Shown in pieces: positions 1 through 9,644 of a stretch of DNA of 64,000 bases; within the stretch, counting starts at the first letter, position 1; each line of letters starts with the position of its first letter. This DNA comes from the human T2T-CHM13v2.0 reference genome, Homo sapiens: the NCBI RefSeq assembly GCF_009914755.1, contig NC_060934.1; one strand, written 5' to 3'. A program made the translations under genes and the position numbers. The notes under the pieces are model-generated. The model had not been told where the DNA came from. It saw nothing but the letters and a program-made list of their open reading frames with translations, and did no database searches.

Positions 1-214
1 AATATTTAGAAATAGCAGATTTGCCTCAGGAAACGTAATAAGACTGTTCTTCTTTTCTCATAAGATATCTGTAACATGATTTATCTAGTCAGTGTGGAGC
101 CTACAAACTTTCCAAGAAATTCTAATCAATATGATGCCCCATCTCACTTATTACCTCCATTTTAAAATAAGGAATGATGTTAACGTAGTTACATGGAACA
201 TAGAATGTATCTGA

Positions 215-593
<379 letters not shown>

Positions 594-1669
594 TAATTCT
601 TTATGATAGATTTCATCATTTTTCTAAACATGTGTTGCTCCTCATTTAACAATGCATATAAATTTCCACTCTGTTAATCTCAGGAATGGCCGCATGACCC
701 ACTTGGTCATCATATGTGAGGGAAATGATATGCCATTTTGAGCAGAAAAATTAAATACCACTTCACTGTTATATGCTGATGAGAATTTGAGATTTTTGTT
801 TATATAGCACACACTACCTTATACTGACTGATCTAATAATTCACATACAATTATTGAGTATGAGGCAGGAAACTATCTTTAGATGTAGATTGGACCCCAC
901 CTTCATTCAGGGCAGTTGTCAGTTTAGTTGGCTTTCCTATCTCGAATGCAAAAGAGTTGGCTTAAAACTAATCATCCTGAAAGTTCTTTCAGTTTTAAAA
1001 TTATATTATTTTATCTCTACTGAGTATTTCTGAAGTGTCTTATAAAAGAAGAATTTTTCCAACAGCTGTTCTTAATACATTCTCTCTCTTTTTAAATAAC
1101 CTGAGTAAAAGTTGTTCTATTATAATTGCTGTTTTGTAGAGTATAATTTTGTCTTTATGAACAGTCCCAAAACTTTTAACAGTATGTAAGTGACATCTGA
1201 AAAAAATTACCTTTTAGGGTTTATTATGTTTCACAGGGCCTAGTTTGACTTCTAACTGGTAGGTAACTTAGCATTTATTTAAGATTGTGCTTTGAATAAA
1301 AACTGACTTTAGATATATACGCCTACGAATGTACTTAACAGTATTGCTTCCAAAATTAATGATAATTCTATATTAAAGTTTGTATATTTAAATAAAACAA
1401 GTGCTAAAGTTTACACAGAATGAACATGAAGCTAGACTGTAATCCTTATGAGGTTAACCTTTTTTTTTTTTTTACAATTCCTCGTAGATAGTTGGTACTC
1501 ATTAAAAACTATGTTAGTGAATGACATTATAAAGCCAGAATACAGATTATCTTTATTGGAGATATAAAACAGTCATCTCTGATTTTGTACACGAAAATGT
1601 TTTTTGAGCCTAGAAAATACAAAAATGTTAGTTCAGGGATAATGAGTTAAAAATATTGCTGTGCTGCTA

Positions 1670-1790
1670 GCATTAATTAACTCATTTTTCATGCATTTAT
1701 TCATTCACTTGAAAATATTTGTTGAGTTTTTTATTGCTAGGTGATATATTAGGTATTGTGGATACCATAAAACATAGATCAAAACAAAGT
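1670..1790 (-). mobile_element. L2 LINE 3'-end remnant
   Basis: ttattcattcacttgaaaatatttgttgagt...taggtattgtggatac resembles the reverse complement of the L2 3' tail; highly diverged. Confidence 0.5.
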
Positions 1791-2482
1791 TTTCTTATTT
1801 ATTATTAATAAGATGTTAATTTTTTATGATTTCTGATTTATTGATTAGAAAACAACATTACCTTTGGAAAGGATTTATTGAAAATCATGAAGTTATATTA
1901 TTTAGAAAATAAAAGTTTGTATTAAAAAATTATACAACCAAAATATCGATAGTTACATACATTTGCTTTGACATGTTGTTCTTAATGGTTGCTTCACATG
2001 AAATAATTAAGTGATCTCAAAACTCTGCACACAAGTGACTTAATTAAAACATATTGCTACCTAAGGAATAAGGAATCCGTTATTTCATCACTATCATAGT
2101 CTTGACAATCTCAATAATTTTAGACCCTATAAATGTTTCCTTGAATCTCAAGACAGAAGATGATGTGATGGATGAAATATCATCTTTCTTGCTGATGAGA
2201 AGGAACTAGATAATGTTTAAAAAATTATTCTTAAAATAGCAATCAAATCACAGAAACTGATGCAAAATAAAAATGAATGGATTAATTTTAAGAAATATTT
2301 AACATTAGGTTTGTAATTATTGATCCCCTACACAGTTATTGATCCATGTATATGAGCAAACAAATACATTGCCTTGATACTACTATAATAATTTAAATTA
2401 ATATCCTTTTTATAATAACTCCATTAACAAGTAAATAGAACATGGTAAGGATAAACCAGACTCTGTGCACCTCATTGATTAG

Positions 2483-2824
<342 letters not shown>

Positions 2825-2902
2825 TGTTTTCTCTTTTTCTCCACATTGAACAACCCACTCCAAACCTCCTTCCAACATGAGTTCTAACTAAATCATTTAT
2901 AA

Positions 2903-3347
<445 letters not shown>

Positions 3348-3515
3348 ACATTGGACATATTTCTAACTCGGAAAAGTTGCCCTATTAGTAGCTATTTTAA
3401 CTAACAACATTTCCTATTGTATTACTAACATTTCTTATACTATTAAATTTCTGTTGGAAGAAATATTTTTTGGTTATGTTTATGCGCTCAGAAGATGAAA
3501 GAATGGTAGATTGTA

Positions 3516-4820
3516 GCTCTCTCCCTCTCTCCCTCTCTCTCTCTCCCTTTCCCTCTCTCCCTCTCCCTCTCTTCCTCTCCCTTTCTCCCTCTCCCTCTCC
3601 CTCTCTCCCTCTCCCTCTCCCTCTCTTTCCACAGTCTCCCTCTGATGCCAAGCCGAAGCTGGACTGTACTGCTGCCATCTCAGCTCACTGCAACCTCCCT
3701 GCCTGATTCTCCTGCCTCAGCCTGCCCAGTGCCTGCGATTGCAGGCGCGCGCGCCGCCATGCCTGACTGGTTTTTGTATTTTTTTTTTGGTGGAGACGGG
3801 GTTTCGCTGTGTTGGCCGGGCTGGTCTCCAACTCCTAACCGCGAGTGATCTGCCAGCCTCGGCCTCCCGAGGTGCCGGGATTGCAGACGGAGTCTCGTTC
3901 ACTCAATGCTCAATGTTGCCCAGGCTGGAGTGCAGTGGCATGATCTCGGCTAGCTACAACCTCCACCTCCCAGCCGCCTGCCTTGGCCTCCCAAAGTGCC
4001 GAGATTGCAGCCTCTGCCCGGCCGCCACCCCGTCTGGGAAGTGAGGAGCGTCTCTGCCTGGCCGCCCATCGTCTGAGATGTGAGGAGCCCCTCTGCCCGG
4101 CAGCCGCCCCGTCTGGGAAGTGAGGAGCGTCTCCGCCCAGCAGCCGCCCCATCCAGGAGAGAGGTGGGGGGCAGCCCCCGCCCGGCCAGCCACCCCGTCC
4201 GGGAGGGAGGTGGGGGCACCTCTGCCCGGCCGCCCCTTCTGGGAAGTGAGGAGCCCCTCTACCAGGCTGCTACCCCGTCTGGGAGGTGTACCCAACAGCT
4301 CATTGAGAACTGGCCATGATGACAATGGAGGTTTTGTCGAATAGAAAAGTGGGAAATGTGGGGAAAAGATAGAGAAATCAGATTGTTGCTGTGTCTGTGT
4401 AGAAAGAAGTAGACATGGGAGACGCCATTTTGTTCTGTACTAAGAAGAATTCTTCTGCCTTGGGATGCTGTTGATCTTTGACCTTACCCCCAACCCTGTG
4501 CTCTCTGAAATGTGCTGTGTCCATTCAGGGTTAAATGGATTAAGGGCGGTGCAAGATGTGCTTTGTTAAACAGATGCTTGAAGGCAGCATGCTCGTTAAG
4601 AGTCATCACCACTCCCTAATCTCAAGTACCCAGGGACACAAACACTGCGGAAGGCCGCAGGGTCCTCTGCCTAGGAAAACCAGAGACCTTTGTTCACTTG
4701 TTTATCTGCTGACCTTCCCTCCACTATTGTCCTATGACCCTGCCAAATCCCCCTCTGCGAGAAACACCCAAGTATGATCAATAAAAAAAAAAAAAAAGAA
4801 TAAAAAAATAAAAAAATAAA
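3516..4820 (+). mobile_element. SVA retrotransposon (older, probably B/C-like subfamily; short VNTR)
   Basis: (CCCTCT)n-like head 3516-3630; antisense Alu-like domain to ~4010; GC-rich VNTR units (ccccgtctgggaagtgaggagcg) ~4010-4290; SINE-R (HERV-K env/LTR-derived) to AATAAA 4780-4785; A-rich tail to ~4820. Confidence 0.97.
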
Positions 4821-4829
4821 TTCCTACTT

Positions 4830-5300
4830 TAAACTAATGATGAAAAAATGAAGACAATTCCAAATATGAGAAATGAAAAGAGACATACAAAGAGATATAC
4901 GAGACTTTTTTTATTTCGCAAAATGGTACATGTTAACTCTAAGTTGGAAAACATGGATCACTAAGTGATTTTGCGAAACAAACAATAAAATCATTAACAC
5001 AGAAGTTATACCAAAAATGCAAAGGAGACTTCCCACCTCTGCACAAAACAACAAAAGCACAAAAGTTGTTAGGCTGAGACATTTCAAAGTAAATTATTTT
5101 ATTACCTCAAGAAAAAGATCATATAAAAGCTATCAGTTCCAGGAAAGTTTCCAAAATGTTTAATCAAGTCAGCGTAAAATGATACCAAAATCTAGGAGAA
5201 AACGCGTAATAAAATAAAATGCTGCAAAAACAGAGTTCATCCTCAGTTATATCAGTAAAATATCCTAAATAACATTCTTGCCAGTAGAATGCAAAAACAG
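4830..5300 (+). mobile_element. Ancient L1M ORF2 fragment (inside the transduced segment)
   Basis: A-rich strand with degenerate L1 ORF2-like stretches (atgataccaaaatctagg; aaatatcctaaataacattcttgccagtagaat). Confidence 0.45.
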
Positions 5301-5384
5301 AGACAGAGTAAGAAAGGACACCGAGCAGGAGCCCACGAGGTTCACAGTAAGAAAACAAGTGGCTGAGCAGCCAGAGAGAAAGCA

Positions 5385-6420
5385 GCCCGGGGATTCTGCC
5401 ACGTGACGTGCGGTGGACCCAGCCGCAGGGACTGGGCACGCTGCCCGCCCTTCAGCCTTTCAGCCCCTCACCCGCGTCAGCCCCTCAGCCACCTCAGCCC
5501 CTCAGTCCCTTCAGCAGCGTCAACCGCCTTATCCCCTCGGCCCCTCAAGCCCCTCACCAGCCTCAGCCCCTCAGCCGCCTCAGCCCCTCAGGCGCCTCAG
5601 CCCCTCATCCCCTCAGCCCCTCACCAGCCTTAGCCCCTCAGCCGCCTCAGCCTCTCAGCCCCTCAGCCGCCTCTCAGCCCCTCAGCCGCCTCTCAGCCCC
5701 TCAGCCGCCTCAGCCCCTCAGCCCCTCAGCCGCCTCAGCCGCCTCAGCCCCTCAGCCCCTCAGCCGCCTCAGCCTGTCAGCCGCCCCCGCCGCCGTTAGC
5801 TCACCCGCCCGGCTGCCTTAGGGATTGGCGCTGCCCAGCGGGCTCCAGCGCAGGCTCCAGCTCAGCCTCCTGCCGGTTTTCCCACCGGTGGCTCCCGCCA
5901 CTGGCTCCTGGCCGCCGGCTGCTACCCGCGCTCCGTGGGCAGGGCCAGTCTGGGGAGCGGACACCGAGGGGCGCGGCGGGATGGCAGGCGGTGTCCAAAA
6001 GCCTCTGAAAGCCGCAGCCGGGGGCGAGTCGCTGACCGACCGGGAGGCCCCGATCTGTCCCAGCCAAGGCCTCCCGGCGCCATCACCCACCAGGAGTCCC
6101 GGGCGGGGTCATCGCTCCCTCCACGCTGTCGCGGGCTTCTGCCAGGCGGTGATCCGTGCCCAATGCCACCAAAGGGAAGCTTGTACCCAAGAGTGGGGGG
6201 AAATGCATCCTTCACGGGGATCTGAAAACTCCAGGTCCTCCTCCCAGGAGCCCACGGCCTCAGATGGGGCCCAGGACGCGCCCGCGCTGGGGAAGCGCCC
6301 CCTCCACCTGAGCCCGAAATTGTCCCTAACAAACCCAACACCCGCAGGGCTGAAGTTTGGGCTCCGGGGTGCGGTGTCCATGAAATGGGCACGGCGTGCT
6401 TTCCATGCAAAAGACACGAA
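5385..6420. promoter_or_regulatory. CpG-island-like GC-rich segment with promoter-type motifs
   Basis: Abrupt GC/CpG enrichment within an AT-rich window. E-box CACGTG 5400-5405 overlaps TGACGT 5404-5409; GC boxes CCGCCC 5781-5786 and 5805-5810; reverse CCAAT (ATTGG) 5824-5828; GGGCGGGG 6101-6108. Function is inferred only. Confidence 0.5.
5449..5775 (+). repeat. C-rich tandem array of 8-9 bp units (CTCAGCCC / CTCAGCCGC)
   Basis: Dozens of consecutive ctcagcccc/ctcagccgc units are directly visible. Confidence 0.95.
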
Positions 6421-6859
6421 GCCTGGAGTTTATGAAATTATTGAAGGAAAGCCGCGCCAGTGCCAAGAGATCATGGCCCAGAGCTGGCAGAACTGATCAG
6501 ACCAATGCTGAGCAAAAGGCCTGAAGAAGACCATCTGGAGGAGCATCCGGAGGGCTTTCCCCAAAGCACCAGATCGCCTTCCTTTCCGAGGCCACAAAGG
6601 CGAGAACCTCCAGAAATAGCATGAAACACTGTGACTTGGTGACATCCAAGCCTGCTGCTCCTCTGAGGCCTGAGCAAGACATCGATAGTGGGTGAAGGCA
6701 AGTGTTTGTCCCAGGAGAGGCCCAGGGTGGTTGGTCCCTTGAAGTCAGCCGCCAGTCTGAAGGCCCAGGGGACTTGAGCAATACCAAGAACTGGCCACGG
6801 TCAGTAGGGTAAATATTGACATCTTAGCTGCAGAAGGGAGGGATGCAGCGAGCGAGGGC
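5902..6859 (+). pseudogene. NEK4: Processed, 3'-truncated, multiply frameshifted pseudogene of NIMA-related kinase NEK4 (kinase domain plus the start of the C-terminal region); which annotated NEK4P locus it is cannot be determined here
   Basis: Collinear, intronless translated patches match NEK4 as I recall it: LLAAGCYPRSVGRAS~PLAAYCYLRVVGKGS; RRDGRR~RRDGKQ; LSQPRPPGAITHQES~LSQLKHPNIVTYKES; LHAVAGFC~LYIVMGFC; ILHGDLKT~ILHRDLKT; PLHLSPKL~PYYMSPEL; EVWAPGCGVHEMG~DVWALGCCVYEMA; AFHAKDTKPGVYEIIEGK~AFNAKDMNSLVYRIIEGK; PELAELIRPMLSKRPEE~PELAELIRTMLSKRPEE; GEGKCLSQE; VNIDILAAEGRDAASEG~VNIDILPAKGRDSVSDG. The start codon is lost and the frames switch repeatedly. Confidence 0.92.
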
Positions 6860-6967
6860 AGAGGCTGCAGTGAGCTGAGATCGCACCACTGCCCTCCAGC
6901 CTGGGCACAAGAGCGCGACTCCATCTCAAAAAAAAAGAAAACGAAAGAAAAAGAAAAGAGGAAGAAA
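6857..6967 (+). mobile_element. Alu right-arm 3' fragment with A-rich tail
   Basis: ggcagaggctgcagtgagctgagatcgcaccactgccctccagcctggg...gactccatctcaaaaaaaa. Confidence 0.9.
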
Positions 6968-7079
6968 GCAAATGTATTGTCTTCAGTGGTTTGAAATAAC
7001 AAAAGCTGATTGCCAAATACAGTATGTGAAATAACTCCTGCTTAAATTGTTTAAGAAAGAAATGATACAGGGCAAACAC

Positions 7080-7111
7080 AATAAATTAGTCTTGTGTGAA
7101 AAAAAAAAAAA
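7080..7111 (+). terminator. Polyadenylation signal and retroposed poly(A) ending the transduced RNA
   Basis: AATAAA 7080-7085, a 13-nt spacer, then an A-run from 7099 merging into the TSD. Confidence 0.85.
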
Positions 7112-8532
7112 GAATGGTAGATTGTATACCATTCAAACATTAGTACTTTGAAAGAACAATTGAACACCAATTAGGCAGAGTAGTCACATTTTAATATAAA
7201 AATTCATGTAGTAATAAGTTCCACTTTATAACCCTGGTCAAGAATCCAACATTCCTTGATGTCGCCTGAAAATTTCCACTATATTGCTTCAAATCCAACA
7301 TGAAAAAATTGTAAGTCCCTCTTGTGCTGACCTTCTCTTTTAAACTTGGGCTTCTCTCCTAAACTTGCCATGATATTAATTATTTCTGTTCATGTTTCTG
7401 TCAACATTCTGTTTTTAAATAAAACAGTGTAGATTTTTTTCAGCTTCTCACTCCTGTATTCTCAAATTAAGTTGAATCTATCAATTAAATAATGTTTCTC
7501 CAATTCCATAATTTATTTTCCTGCCTATAACTATGAGCATAAGAAATTTCTTCTAAAAAAAAGTTCCTTCTATATTCTAACTTAGACTTTAGAGTAGTCT
7601 TTAAATGGTTTTCCTATTGCCATTCCACATCTCTTCAATATTACTTAACACTATAAAATTATTTTCCCCTAAAACATAAAAACAATCCTATTAATATTTT
7701 GCATACCTGTCATTTACTCTTAATTGCTTATAGAAGAGAAAACAAATGTCTTTGATTACATATATGATTTTTATTTTCAACAAATAAAAACACATGCTTT
7801 TGCCTACTTTCCTAGACATATCTTTATAATTCAAGTTTTGAGTATATCTATATATGCACATGTGCAATCTGCTTAATAATTCATTGACTAAATGAGTAGA
7901 TGACTATTTTTTGGTATCTCTGTATTACATTAATTTTTAAATGACAAGCAAAAAATTATTTTATTCTGTGAAAAGAAGTGAGTTTTCAAATGTAGTCTAC
8001 TAGAATGTTAACAAAAGTGTATTGTTTTAAAAACAATAACTGAGTTATAGAATATAACTACCCAATCATTTTTCTGACTTTTAAACTGACCTCAGTAAGA
8101 AGAAACGTCAAAGAATCTTGGCAATATAATTTTACCACCTTTTTGGTTATTTTACTTCTGATACTTTGTGAGTTTTCTCATTTCTAATAAAATCCTCAAT
8201 CAGAAACTGCAGTAAATACCATTCATTTGCATTTTGATTAGTAATGATATTATCAAGTCCACCAAACCCTTTGTAGAATACAGTATTTGAATAATTATAA
8301 ACAATAAAGAGGCAGAAAAATGTACCCTATTAAGGTGTTTTTGATTGCCTTAATAGCTCACTATATTTCATTAACCTTTCATACAAGATCCTCTAACATA
8401 CATGTAGTAATATAGTAAATTACTCCCATGCATTTTTATTTATCCTGGTTATTGCTGTTATAGAAGAAGAATGAAATTTCATACAGTATAAAGACCTACT
8501 AGTAAACTCCATTTGCCCTCTCTCCTGATTAG

Positions 8533-8624
8533 TTCTACTTGAAATATAGACATATTGACTTGAAATATAGATATATTGACTTGAATATAGATATATTTCT
8601 ACTTGAAATATAGATATATTGACT
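8533..8624. repeat. Minisatellite, ~21-bp unit (gacttgaaatatagatatatt) x4
   Basis: Four near-identical copies are visible. Confidence 0.85.
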
Positions 8625-9134
8625 GCCTTGCAGTCAGTATAAACTTACCTTGTAAAACAGTTATCTTGCTTATTGTTCCTGTCTTTTTAGATTTTAAGGT
8701 TGAAATGATTTTCAACAAATGACAATTTAACTTAGAAATTCTTATCTGGAGATCATGGATGGTAAATGTTTCTTGAGCCCAATACAATTATAGAAACAAT
8801 TTTATATACATATGTGTATGTACATTTGACTTGAGAGGATTTGCACCATAGTCTTAAATATTCAAAGGTGCCTATGACTGGGAAATAACAATCACATATT
8901 TTTGCTAAAAAATGTTACACTTTAATTGTTATACTGATTATAGAAAGTTTCAACTTTTTAGTAGAACTCAGAAGTTATGTAACTGCTTTATATGGCTTTG
9001 AATATACTATTTAAATGAGTATTACTTGAGTTTTTTCTCTACTGAGTTGAGAAGAAATCACTATCAAGGAAACTTGGTAGAAAACATGAGAATGAGATTG
9101 TAGGGGAAAAGAAATAACAGAATATTTTATAAAA

Positions 9135-9343
9135 TGTAGCTACTACCGGCCAAGCATTGTTCTAAATGGTTTACATAACCTACATCATTTCATTTCCACA
9201 ACACATTGGAGAACAGAAGTCAAGTGAATATGCTTCCTGAGGCTTTGCTGCTAGAAATGTTGGAAATTGTCACATGGAAATTCAAGCCTAGGTATGTCCA
9301 GCTCCAAAACTTGTACATTCTTTCTACCATATTGCACTGCCTC
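9135..9343 (-). mobile_element. MIR SINE remnant
   Basis: caagcattgttctaaatggtttacata...ggaaattcaagcctaggtatgtccagctcc...ctaccatattgcactgcctc follows the reverse-complement MIR layout. Confidence 0.65.
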
Positions 9344-9429
9344 AATTTGACGTTTAAATCAATCTTTTCCTCCAAATCCAGGATGAAAAAAATCTTTAAA
9401 GTGGTTTTATTGTAAAATATAGTTCTAAA

Positions 9430-9431
<2 letters not shown>

Positions 9432-9470
<39 letters not shown>
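9432..9470. repeat. (CA)n microsatellite
   Basis: Perfect dinucleotide run. Confidence 0.98.
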
Positions 9471-9472
<2 letters not shown>

Positions 9473-9601
9473 AGGAACTGAACACTTTAAGAAACAATTT
9501 TATTAGCACCTTACAAGGTCAATGTGGTTCTTTTCCCTACCACAGTCCTGTCTCTCCCTATCACCCAAAGTTAACCATGACAATGATTTAGTATTATTCT
9601 C

Positions 9602-9644
9602 TAGATAGATAGATTAGATAGATAGATAGATAGATAGATAGATA
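9602..9644. repeat. (TAGA)n tetranucleotide microsatellite at an L1 tail
   Basis: tagatagatagattagatagatagataga... Confidence 0.95.

Larger units (their letters stand above)
3498..7126 (+). mobile_element. Composite insertion: SVA plus ~2.3-kb 3' transduction, bounded by an 18-bp TSD
   Basis: aaagaatggtagattgta occurs at 3498-3515, directly before the SVA hexamer, and again at 7109-7126, directly after AATAAA (7080-7085) and poly(A) (from 7099). There is no copy after the SVA's own poly(A). Confidence 0.93.

Noticed and set aside
4780-4830. SVA poly(A) as the end of the insertion
   Set aside because: No copy of the 5' TSD follows it; the TSD is at 7109-7126.
5403-5821. Proline/serine-rich ORFs in all three forward frames
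   Set aside because: Artefact of the stop-poor CTCAGCC tandem array.
6857-6967. Alu fragment as NEK4's Alu-derived alternative exon
   Set aside because: As I recall, that exon is an antisense Alu further downstream in the CDS. This piece is sense-oriented and has an A-tail.
4821-7098. Identity with the known AMAC/SLC35G SVA transduction or the MAST2 5' transduction
   Set aside because: The cargo lies 3' of the SVA and translates to NEK4 kinase motifs, not a membrane transporter or MAST2 exon.
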